A DNA stretch of 58,261 nt from a virus. Taxonomy: Duplodnaviria > Caudoviricetes. The stretch is from IMG/VR virus record IMGVR_UViG_3300035701_002605, positions 1 to 58,261 of that record, one strand, 5' to 3'. Of this stretch, positions 28,558 through 36,313 are shown piece after piece; position 1 is the first letter of the stretch, and each line of letters opens with the position of its first letter. The translations under genes were made by a program, and so were the position numbers. The notes beneath the pieces are model-generated. The model saw nothing but the letters and a program-made list of their open reading frames with translations. It was not told where the DNA came from and did not search any database.

Positions 28558-30774
28558 TTAGGGGGCTTGGCCGGTGTAGTACGTCGGGGCGCCGGCGATC
28601 TCTCGTAGCTCGGCGGGATCAAACGTCACCCAGCAGTGGCAGACGTTTGGGTGCGCCGGCGGGCCATCGCAGTCGCCCCACACCGACTCAAAGGACTCGT
28701 CCGGTCCGATGGCTCCCCGGTCCATATTGTCCAGGCAGATGTCGCAGGCCTCGGCTACCAGCGCGTGCCAGCGCCGCTTGGTTAGGCCGACCGATAGGTT
28801 CTGGGCGATGGCCGCCTGGGTCTGCGCCCAGTTGATCTCGGTATTAACGATGGAGAGGGCGCGCCCCCGGAAGGTTTCGATGATGCCTCGTCGAACATCG
28901 TCCACCAGGACCGTACGGGCAATTTCGGGAGAGTGGAGCCCCTGCTTCACGCCGGCCATGATCTCTCGACGGATGAAGTGGTCGGTGCCGGAGTCGACGT
29001 TCTTGATCAGCCCTAGGGCGCGCCGTTCTAGCTGGCGGAGGGCGGCGGGGTCGGTGATCTTGGTAACGGCCGGGATCAGGCGCGCCTTGCCCGCCAGGCC
29101 GGCCTTCACCATCGCCTTTTCGATGGCGTGGGCCTGGTCTACCAGCCCCTCGGCATAGGCTAGCTCTAGGGCTGCCGCCGCGCGGTCTGCGATGTTCGGC
29201 GCGTGCCACCAGGACTCGTTAGCCAGGAGGTCGGCGATCGCCTTCTCCGCAGGGCTAGGGGTAAGGGCGCGGTGGGCGGTGGCGCCCTCGATCCCGCCGG
29301 CGGCCTGGGCGGCGGCGATCCCGGCGTCAAGCAGCTTGGCGATCCGGGGGCGAGTAACGGAAGCCGCGATCTTTGCTATCCACGGCCCCACGAGCTTGCC
29401 TAGAGTCTGGGCAGAGTGGCTAGTAGTAGGGCGGGCTCGGCGGGGTACGGTTGCCTCGCCCTGCCTTTGCAGGGCTTCGCCAAAAGGGCGGCGGCGCTGT
29501 CCCTGTTCGCCCTTGGTCTCGCCGGTGGTGGTAGCGGCGGCGTCGCCGGTAGGCGGCTCGGGCGCCGGCGGAGGCGCGGGCGGGGCCGGGGGCTCGCCCG
29601 CCTCGACGGTGATCAAGCCCTCCTCTACCGCCTGGGCTAGCGCCACGGTGGGGTCGATGATGAAGGCGTTGGCCAGCGTGGCCAGCCGGTCGGCGCTTAG
29701 CTTCCGGGCGGTCTCCCTGCGTACCGTATCCTCTAGCTCTACGTCTTCCCAGGCGAACTCTACGCCGTCAGGCAGGACCTCGTTGTCGATCCGCTGCTTG
29801 ATCCGGCGCAGTAGGTGGGCGAGCCCCTGCCGCTTGGAAAGCTCGATCAGCTTAGTAGCGCCGGCAAGCCGTAGCTCCTGGCCGAACAGGCCCAGGTCTC
29901 CAACGTTCATTCCGAAGGCGGCGCATACCAGTTCCGCGTAGCGCTTGACTAGCTCCGGTAGCTGGGCCTCGGTGGCCGTGGCCCCGAACGAGATAAACTG
30001 GGCGGCCTCACCCTTCTCCCGCCCGTAGAGGATCGGCACCTTCAGGGCGTCTACGCCGGCCATCATGGTCTTCCAGCCGGCTAGCCAGTCCCGCGCCTCC
30101 TCCTCAGACCAGCCGATCACGTCTAGTACGCCGGGCGGCGGGCTATCGGTTAGGAGCGTCTGCCAGAAGCGGTCGGACCGAAGCAAGCCCTGGATCGCCG
30201 GCAGGCAGTCCATCACCGGGGTCCGGGTCCAGCCATAGACCGTTACGTCGGTCTGCGGCTGCCACATGACGCGGGCGATCTCGCCGGGCTCGAATAGGGC
30301 TACGTCCAGCGGGCCGCCCCATGGGCTCACCATGGCATAGGGATAATTCTTGTCGTTTGTCGGCCGCATGAGGCCAGCGTCCAGATGGGCTAGCCAGGCC
30401 ACCGTCCCGTCGCGGTAGGAGCCGATCTCCCAGGCGCCGCCGAAGGGCACGGTTAGGGCGTCCTCTACCACGCGGGCGATCATGTTCTCGAAGCCGGCGC
30501 CGTCGTCGGAGCCGTTCAGGACCAGGGTAAAGTATTCGACCAGGTCGTCGTCTTCGCCCTGGATCTCCCACTTCAGGCCGGTGATCTGCATGACTAGGGT
30601 CTGGATGCAGGCGCGCACGACCGGGGCCGCCGCTACGACGCGGCGCCACTGGGGGGCGGTTAGGCTAGTAGCGTCGAAGAAGGCCGCCGGCGAGCGGGTT
30701 AGGTAGGCCGGCTCACGGATGCCCTTGGTCTTCGGCTCGGCGCCGTGTTCCTTTGCGCGTTCGGCGATCACCAT
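28558..30774 (-). CDS. Portal protein fused to a MuF-like minor head domain
   Basis: VRACIQTL..QITGLKWEI, YGW..TP, VCAAFG; C-terminal IVNTE...CDICL.N...PPAHPNVCHC. Confidence 0.85.
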   Translation of the reverse strand: MVIAERAKEHGAEPKTKGIREPAYLTRSPAAFFDATSLTAPQWRRVVAAAPVVRACIQTLVMQITGLKWEIQGEDDDLVEYFTLVLNGSDDGAGFENMIARVVEDALTVPFGGAWEIGSYRDGTVAWLAHLDAGLMRPTNDKNYPYAMVSPWGGPLDVALFEPGEIARVMWQPQTDVTVYGWTRTPVMDCLPAIQGLLRSDRFWQTLLTDSPPPGVLDVIGWSEEEARDWLAGWKTMMAGVDALKVPILYGREKGEAAQFISFGATATEAQLPELVKRYAELVCAAFGMNVGDLGLFGQELRLAGATKLIELSKRQGLAHLLRRIKQRIDNEVLPDGVEFAWEDVELEDTVRRETARKLSADRLATLANAFIIDPTVALAQAVEEGLITVEAGEPPAPPAPPPAPEPPTGDAAATTTGETKGEQGQRRRPFGEALQRQGEATVPRRARPTTSHSAQTLGKLVGPWIAKIAASVTRPRIAKLLDAGIAAAQAAGGIEGATAHRALTPSPAEKAIADLLANESWWHAPNIADRAAAALELAYAEGLVDQAHAIEKAMVKAGLAGKARLIPAVTKITDPAALRQLERRALGLIKNVDSGTDHFIRREIMAGVKQGLHSPEIARTVLVDDVRRGIIETFRGRALSIVNTEINWAQTQAAIAQNLSVGLTKRRWHALVAEACDICLDNMDRGAIGPDESFESVWGDCDGPPAHPNVCHCWVTFDPAELREIAGAPTYYTGQAP

Positions 30775-31189
30775 GGGCGGCTCCTCTCTGCCTTAATGGT
30801 CGACGCGCTGAGGCTTTGGGGGCGGGTAGGTCAAGCTCGCGGACCGTCCACTTCCGGGCGAGCGGATCGTACTGCCAGTCCAGGGCGCGGTCTAGCAGCG
30901 ACAGCACGTCGAGATCTCGGTCAGGTGTTGGGCTTTCGGCAATTGGCGCCGGGCGCCGGATCGGGGGCTGGTGGAGATAGCATGTCCAGCCGCCGGCCCG
31001 GAAGACCATCGGCGCCGCGCATGGCGGCGGGCATCGCGGTGGCGGCTCGTTGTCGTAAAGCTGGTCTGGCGTTAGGGATAGGACCTCGGAGTGCCGGCGT
31101 AGGAGCCATAGCACCATCGGGTTACGGAGTCCAAAGCGCCCCAGGAAGCTAGCGCCGGCGTCGCGGACGGCTGGGGTGTGGTCTATCAA
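30713..31189 (-). CDS. Hypothetical protein
   Basis: In operon order; CxxPM...WTC motif. Confidence 0.5.
   Translation of the reverse strand: MIDHTPAVRDAGASFLGRFGLRNPMVLWLLRRHSEVLSLTPDQLYDNEPPPRCPPPCAAPMVFRAGGWTCYLHQPPIRRPAPIAESPTPDRDLDVLSLLDRALDWQYDPLARKWTVRELDLPAPKASARRPLRQRGAAHGDRRTRKGTRRRAEDQGHP
30794..30804 (-). promoter_or_regulatory. Putative late promoter box GTCGACCATTA upstream of portal
   Basis: Exact motif 20 bp before the portal ATG. Confidence 0.65.
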
Positions 31190-31346
31190 GGTCTTCTCGC
31201 TCCCGCCGGACGTTACGGTCCAGCCTAGCCGAGTCTACGGGGGCGCGGGCGACATCCTGCTCGTCGGCTAGCCTAGCACGTCCACACCAGGGGCAGAAGG
31301 CGATCATAACCCAGCCCCGCCAGCCGCACGCTAGGCAGATGATCAT
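31149..31346 (-). CDS. Small zinc-ribbon protein
   Basis: CLACGW...CPWCG. Confidence 0.6.
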   Translation of the reverse strand: MIICLACGWRGWVMIAFCPWCGRARLADEQDVARAPVDSARLDRNVRREREDLDRPHPSRPRRRR

Positions 31347-31627
31347 GGCGGGCTATCGCCGTTCCCGCCCCGCCCTGTCTGCTCCCTGGCCTTGGCCCGC
31401 TCTACGGCCGGCGCCGTTACCCGCTGGAACTCTAGCAGCGCCGTAGCGATCGCCTTCCACTGGCGGGCGCCGTCCACGGCGGCTATCCACTCGCTGGGCG
31501 CCACGATCGCGCCGACGGCGTCAAGTAGCTCGATCTCGGCTAGAAAGCCGCTCAGATCGATCATCGCTGTGACCTGGGCGACCAGCCCGATCTTGACCTG
31601 TACCTGGTGAAACTCGCCTGGGTCCAT
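31343..31627 (-). CDS. Hypothetical protein
   Basis: Tight junctions with both neighbours. Confidence 0.6.
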   Translation of the reverse strand: MDPGEFHQVQVKIGLVAQVTAMIDLSGFLAEIELLDAVGAIVAPSEWIAAVDGARQWKAIATALLEFQRVTAPAVERAKAREQTGRGGNGDSPP

Positions 31628-31628
31628 G

Positions 31629-32054
31629 TCAGTCCTTTAGCCACCACTGGTTAAGGGCCGGGGGCGGCCCCGCGATGAAACGCTCTAGCGGTAGACGCCA
31701 GCCCCTTGTGCGCTGGGGGGGGTGTCCCTGCTCCGCCTCACCGCCGCAGGTGGCGCGCTGCTCTTTTAGCCAGCTAGCCGGCGCCATAAAGACGATCCCG
31801 TCCATGATGAAGCCCCAATACTGCGCCTTGCTAATGGCGAAACCGCTAGGCACGTAGATACCGCTGTCAAGCTCCCGCTCCTGCGACGTTTCGATGTAGA
31901 AGGCCCGATATTTAGCTTCCCAGGCGCGGCCCTCGCGCTTACACTCGATCCCGTTCACGCCGTATAGTAGCTCGCGCAGTAGCTTTTCGCCTATCAGGCC
32001 GTGCTTTAGATCGATGTCGGGGGCGCCGGTTTCGTTCTCCGGCCGGTTGGGCAT
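31629..32054 (-). CDS. Phage protein, putative PD-(D/E)xK-like nuclease
   Basis: DIDL..G..GE, IECKRE, FYIE, PSG..ISKA.YW. Confidence 0.55.
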   Translation of the reverse strand: MPNRPENETGAPDIDLKHGLIGEKLLRELLYGVNGIECKREGRAWEAKYRAFYIETSQERELDSGIYVPSGFAISKAQYWGFIMDGIVFMAPASWLKEQRATCGGEAEQGHPPQRTRGWRLPLERFIAGPPPALNQWWLKD

Positions 32055-32069
32055 GGCTCTCTCCTTTCG

Positions 32070-32630
32070 CTACTCGAATAACGACCGCTGCTCGGCGCCG
32101 GCGTCCTCTATCGGGGCGCCGGTAGACCGCCACACCACCACCACGCTCGGGAAGGTCGCCGGCCCATCGGCGCCGGCGAAAGATAGGCGGCCCGGCACAA
32201 AGTGGACCTCGGCGGCCCTCATGGCGACGGGCCGGTCGGCGTAAACGCTGCCCATCACGTAGCGGTGGAACCAGCGGGTATCGGTCCGGGCCGGCAACAG
32301 CGCCACCACGATCTCGGCGACGCCTTGGCTCTCTAGCCAACACTTGCGGACCCACTCGTTCAGGGGCCGGCCATAGGGCGGGTTGACGAAGACCCGGCCT
32401 GGCCACGGCCGGCGGAGCCCGTCGTCCTCGACGGTAAAGTGGCGGCCGCAGCGCTGGCTAGCATAGGCGTCGGCCGAGCCGCAGGGGTCCAGGTCGAAGG
32501 GGCCGAAGCGGGCGGCCAGGGCGTCGAAGACCTTGGCCGGCGTCCCCCAGTCGGAGCGCCCGGCCGCCGGCATGTAGCCCCGGCCTTTGGGCTTAGGCAC
32601 CGGATGGCCCTTGCCCCACTCATTCTCCAT
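32070..32630 (-). CDS. Phage DNA N6-adenine methyltransferase
   Basis: DWGTP, FDLDPC, VFVNPPY, LLPARTDTRWF. Confidence 0.93.
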   Translation of the reverse strand: MENEWGKGHPVPKPKGRGYMPAAGRSDWGTPAKVFDALAARFGPFDLDPCGSADAYASQRCGRHFTVEDDGLRRPWPGRVFVNPPYGRPLNEWVRKCWLESQGVAEIVVALLPARTDTRWFHRYVMGSVYADRPVAMRAAEVHFVPGRLSFAGADGPATFPSVVVVWRSTGAPIEDAGAEQRSLFE

Positions 32631-33087
32631 CGCCGGCTCCCACTAGGTCGCCCAGGAGCCCGTCGTTGGGCGATAGCCAGCCTTCCGCTACGGCGCGGTC
32701 GGTCGGGAAGGATAGGACGGCGGCCTCGGGGTAGAACGGGCAGACCATCTCCACCGCTAGCCCGAACAGCCGGCAGCCGAAGGGGCGCACCGGGTAAATG
32801 CGGCATGCCCTGGCGCCAGCGTCGTAGAAGCCGCAGGTAAGGGGGCTGCGGCTCCGGTGCCACCAGACCTGATGCTCGAACATGTAGGCGATGATGGCTG
32901 CGGCCTCCCTCCGGGTAACGGTGACCGGGCCGCAACAGCGGCCGCAGCCATCGCAGGCGGCCATCTTCGGGATGTAGGGGTATAGGACGCCGGGCGGCTT
33001 CGCTACAGGCGGCACGGGCCGCGAGAGCCCCCCGTTTCTAACGGTTGCCCTTCTACCCGCTCCCGTCGACCGGCCCTGCGCCGCCAT
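32620..33087 (-). CDS. YkgJ-family CxxCxxCC cysteine-cluster protein
   Basis: CDGCGRCC, CGFYD, CRIYPVRPFGCRLF; start could be 33087 (leaderless) or 32964. Confidence 0.88.
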   Translation of the reverse strand: MAAQGRSTGAGRRATVRNGGLSRPVPPVAKPPGVLYPYIPKMAACDGCGRCCGPVTVTRREAAAIIAYMFEHQVWWHRSRSPLTCGFYDAGARACRIYPVRPFGCRLFGLAVEMVCPFYPEAAVLSFPTDRAVAEGWLSPNDGLLGDLVGAGDGE

Positions 33088-33093
33088 AGACAG

Positions 33094-33123
33094 AGGCTAG
33101 CCGATACGGCTAGTCTGTGTCAA
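33094..33123 (-). promoter_or_regulatory. Sigma70 promoter with operator-like palindrome
   Basis: TTGACA-N18-TAGCCT; CTAGCCG-N3-CGGCTAG at 33097-33113. Confidence 0.75.
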
Positions 33124-33748
33124 GATCGAAGGCGGTAACGGCGAACCGGCCCCAGCCCATCTTGCGGGATGCGCCCATCCCGATCTCTCGGCCGGCCCAC
33201 TCGATGAAGTCCCGCAGCTTGCGTAGGCCGTCCTTCTCCATCAGCGTGGTCAGGGTGCCGGTGGCGTCGAAGTCTTCGATGTAGGGGTTAGCCCGGAGGG
33301 CTCGTTGGTTGGTTAGCGTCTTGCCGGTGCCGCTCTTGACTACTACGAACCGCTCCCAGATGCCGTCGGCCTCCGCCTTGCCGGTCTCCCAGTCGCTACT
33401 TTGTAGGACGGTACGTATCTGCTCCTGGCGGGCGATCCGTATGCTCGACGAGCAGAGGGCGGCGGCCTCGGCAAGACACCCGTGAACCTGGTGGGCCGGG
33501 ATGATGATGTGGGTGCTGTTCATGTAGAAGGGGCGCTCCGCTAGAGCCTCTAGCTGGCGCAGGTCCTCTAGCGTCATGCTCTTGGCCCGGAGGTAGTCGT
33601 CTAGGGCCTTGGCCCGGCGGTCCTGAGACCGGACCCGGTTGGCCCCGGACTCCTTCAGGATGTTGATCACCTTCTCCCGCTCGGGCCAGTACGGGTCGGC
33701 GATGTAGCCCTTCTCGAAGTGGGCGCGGACCGTGATCTTGATGCTCAT
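33110..33748 (-). CDS. Stand-alone RAMP superfamily (Cas7/Csm3-like) protein, 212 aa
   Basis: IIIPAHQVHGCLAEAA (IP..xxKG-type helix motif) and C-terminal Gly-rich loop GMGASRKMGWGRF; AGAAAGGA RBS before ATG 33748. Confidence 0.8.
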   Translation of the reverse strand: MSIKITVRAHFEKGYIADPYWPEREKVINILKESGANRVRSQDRRAKALDDYLRAKSMTLEDLRQLEALAERPFYMNSTHIIIPAHQVHGCLAEAAALCSSSIRIARQEQIRTVLQSSDWETGKAEADGIWERFVVVKSGTGKTLTNQRALRANPYIEDFDATGTLTTLMEKDGLRKLRDFIEWAGREIGMGASRKMGWGRFAVTAFDLDTD

Positions 33749-33778
33749 GTTTCCTTTCTGGCGCCCAATAGGGCGCCG

Positions 33779-34305
33779 TGACGGAGGCTGGGCCGATGGC
33801 GTTGACAAGGGCGCTGGCGCTGGCGGAGCCGATGGCAGCGTAGCGGTGACGGTAACGGCGCCTCTGGCGATGGCGCGGGCGTCGACATAGACGACGGTAG
33901 AGGCGCAGGCGCCGGCGCTGGCGATGGCAGCGGCGCGGTGACGTAGGCGCGGTCGGAGCCGCCAACTTCGGCGAGGGCGTCGCCGATGGCAGCGGTGCGT
34001 TGCCGAAGGCGAAGGCTCAGGCGCGGTCGGTGTCGAAGCCCCCGGCGCAGACGATGGCGATGCGATCGACGTTGGCGATGGCGAGGCCGTCGGCGTGGGC
34101 CAGGACGCTAACGTCGACGTGGACGGCGACGACGGCTCTGCCGTCGACGTGGGCATGGCCGCTGGCGTCGGCATTAACGTGGGCGTGGTCGGTAGCGTCG
34201 GCGTTGACGGAGACGATGGCGGCGGCCGTGGCGTGGGCGCAGCCATAGACGCGGGCGGGGTCTTCGGCGAGGGCGTCGCCGCTGGCGGCGGCGACGCTAT
34301 TGGGG
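33779..34305 (-). repeat. Hexamer-periodic array (consensus YGYC-NN on minus, GRCG-NN on plus), candidate non-coding RNA
   Basis: Runs such as CGTCTC CGTCAA CGCCGA CGCTAC CGACCA CGCCCA CGTTAA TGCCGA CGCCAG; register slips by one base at repeated motifs. Confidence 0.8.
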
Positions 34306-34315
34306 GCTCCACCTG

Positions 34316-34528
34316 CTAGCCGGTGGACATCAGCGCTAGGCAGAGCCCTGCGCCTAGCGTTACCACGGTTATGATCGCCACCGTGGCCCCGGCCGCTAGG
34401 CCGTCGCGCCGGTAGGCGTACCATCCTAGGAGTAACGCCGGCGCCGCCAGGACCGCGAGCGGCCCTACCAGGTAGAGGCCGATGGCTCCTATCGCTACGC
34501 CCAGGACGAATGATCGAAAGGCTGTCAT
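34316..34528 (-). CDS. Small membrane protein
   Basis: 70 aa, hydrophobic segments. Confidence 0.65.
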   Translation of the reverse strand: MTAFRSFVLGVAIGAIGLYLVGPLAVLAAPALLLGWYAYRRDGLAAGATVAIITVVTLGAGLCLALMSTG

Positions 34529-34529
34529 G

Positions 34530-35105
34530 CTAGCCCGTCCTGTAGGTGGCGCTGCCTTCCCAAAGAACTAGCCAGGAGACCCAGGGGTGGACCTCCTGTA
34601 CGCACCATTGGGCGCATAGGCGGAACTTCCCCTGGCGCCAGGCGTAGTATTGGGTGTAGGCCGGCCGCCAGTATGTCGAAGAGCTTATCTGGCCGTCGTA
34701 CCGCCAGCCGGGGGCCAGGTTCGAGGCCCAGACCCAGGAGGTCGGCGTACCCACGATCCGGGTGCCGTTGTAGCACCAGTAGATCGTATGGTTGAAGCGC
34801 CAGATCGTGCCGGCAGCCGAATTGCCCTGCCGGTAGGCCGTGTAGGTCTTGCAGACCGTGGCGGCGGTAGCAGCTACGGCGCTGGTCTGGTTGGCTCCCT
34901 CGGCCGTAGCCCGCGCCCCCGCTACATCCCCCCCGAGCCCGGCTGGGTTGAAGCCGTCGGTCTCGACGATGCCATCCTGGAACGTGATGGCTGCCGGGGC
35001 CGGCGTTAGGGGCCGGCGCTGGGCGGAAGCTGGCCCTATAGACTGGGCGCCGGCCAGGACCAGCACGGCTAGCACGGCTGCCACTAGGGTTACTTTGCGT
35101 TTCAC
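34530..35105 (-). CDS. Secreted/exported protein
   Basis: KRK + hydrophobic core + ASA signal peptide; Trp/Tyr-rich beta domain with Cys pairs. Confidence 0.7.
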   Translation of the reverse strand: MKRKVTLVAAVLAVLVLAGAQSIGPASAQRRPLTPAPAAITFQDGIVETDGFNPAGLGGDVAGARATAEGANQTSAVAATAATVCKTYTAYRQGNSAAGTIWRFNHTIYWCYNGTRIVGTPTSWVWASNLAPGWRYDGQISSSTYWRPAYTQYYAWRQGKFRLCAQWCVQEVHPWVSWLVLWEGSATYRTG

Positions 35106-35209
35106 CTGTGAACTCCCTTGCCAGAAAGGCGGGGTCCCTTGCATATCATGTTCGCGCCTCTGCCTCCTTCCGCTAGCCGGCCCGGCCCCGCAGCCGGGCC
35201 GGCGCCGAC

Positions 35210-35239
35210 ATAGTAGCCGTAGCGGCTAGCGTTTGTCAA
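35210..35239 (-). promoter_or_regulatory. Sigma70 promoter with operator-like palindrome
   Basis: TTGACA-N18-TACTAT; palindrome 35213-35229. Confidence 0.8.
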
Positions 35240-35266
35240 GTTTCGGGGGCCAGTAGACGGCGCGCT

Positions 35267-35401
35267 TTACCGTAGGCTCCACCAGGCGGCTACGGCGAAG
35301 ACGGCGGCGGTTATCATCATCGTGGCGCCGACGATGATGGCCAGGGTACAGGCTACTATCCCGGCGGTGTCTTGGAGGTGTTCTAGGGCGATGCTTGCCA
35401 C
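35267..35401 (-). CDS. 44-aa single-TM peptide (not in the ORF track)
   Basis: AAGGAG RBS, GTG start, hydrophobic C-terminal half. Confidence 0.55.
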   Translation of the reverse strand: MASIALEHLQDTAGIVACTLAIIVGATMMITAAVFAVAAWWSLR

Positions 35402-35447
35402 TGGTCGGCTCCTTCCGCTAGCGCCGGCCGCGTAGGCCGGCGCTAGG

Positions 35448-35477
35448 ATCGTAGCCGTAGCGGCTAGGGGATGTCAA
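35448..35477 (-). promoter_or_regulatory. Sigma70 promoter with operator-like palindrome
   Basis: TTGACA-N18-TACGAT; palindrome 35451-35467. Confidence 0.8.
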
Positions 35478-35848
35478 GCCCCAGGGGCGGCCGTGGCCGG
35501 CGCCGACGGCGCCTTCTTATCCTCCTCGGCCTGCCGGCCGACCAGTAGGAACGGGCGGGTCGCCCGGTCGTCGGCCTTGGAGCCATATTTATACTGCATC
35601 TCCACGACCTTTAGAAGTTTGCCGCCGGCATTACAGGCGGCGTTAGCGATCTCCGGCGTCACGTCGCCCGTGATCACGTCACTCATTAGGGCCGACATCA
35701 GCCGGGCGAAGTCCTCTCCCGTTCGTACTCCCACTGCCGCAAGCGCAACTGACCCGGATGCGCTAGCAAGTACCTCAACTCCCGCAGGGTTGTCGCCCCC
35801 GTTCTTACACATTGCAGTTGGTATTTCCTCTCCTGGGCTCGCGCCCAT
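35474..35848 (-). CDS. Hypothetical protein
   Basis: Globular-looking core FARLMSALMSDVITG...ANAACNAGGKLLK; overlaps the next ORF. Confidence 0.55.
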   Translation of the reverse strand: MGASPGEEIPTAMCKNGGDNPAGVEVLASASGSVALAAVGVRTGEDFARLMSALMSDVITGDVTPEIANAACNAGGKLLKVVEMQYKYGSKADDRATRPFLLVGRQAEEDKKAPSAPATAAPGA

Positions 35849-36219
35849 GCCTGCCCCTCGGCGGTTTGTCGGAATGCCTGGTAGTCGGCGTCCGCCTTAT
35901 TCAGCCTTTCCCGTATTCGTTCCTCCTCTCTCCGGCGTTCCCACCTAGCTTCATCTAGGCGACAGCGCCAGCAGGCCCGGTTGCCCCCAGCGAAGGGCTC
36001 AGCGGCCCAACCATCGTCGCGCTTCACATCGGCGCATAGGCGATCTTCGCAACTAGGACAACGGTAAACTAGCCGCCTACAACCGTGGGCACGGTGCTCC
36101 CCCCGGCTTACGCCGCAGACCGCGCACCGAACCTCGACACACACGTGCGCGAAGGCGTCGGGCCTTAACCGGTTGGGAATTCTATTCCACGTACAGCATC
36201 GGCTACAGAGGATCGGCAT
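35698..36219 (-). CDS. Hypothetical Cys-rich protein
   Basis: Several CxxC motifs; starts just after a promoter. Confidence 0.55.
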   Translation of the reverse strand: MPILCSRCCTWNRIPNRLRPDAFAHVCVEVRCAVCGVSRGEHRAHGCRRLVYRCPSCEDRLCADVKRDDGWAAEPFAGGNRACWRCRLDEARWERRREEERIRERLNKADADYQAFRQTAEGQAWARAQERKYQLQCVRTGATTLRELRYLLAHPGQLRLRQWEYERERTSPG

Positions 36220-36227
36220 CGCGCCCC

Positions 36228-36257
36228 ATGATAGCCGGTACGGCTAGCCGTAGTCAA
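36228..36257 (-). promoter_or_regulatory. Sigma70 promoter with operator-like palindrome
   Basis: TTGACT-N18-TATCAT; palindrome 36231-36247. Confidence 0.75.
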
Positions 36258-36313
36258 GGGGGCGGGACATCCCCGACCGTTCGCTGGCGTCCGTTTCCGG
36301 GAATGTTGGTGGG

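Noticed and set aside
33802-33830. Plus-strand promoter at TTGACA inside the hexamer array
   Set aside because: No -10-like hexamer at 16-18 bp; the word arises from adjacent repeat units
33749-34312. 188-aa N-terminal extension of the 400-aa ORF 33110..34312
   Set aside because: Composition switches with the repeat register, and a good RBS precedes the internal ATG at 33748; treated as non-coding, although a coding role is not fully excluded
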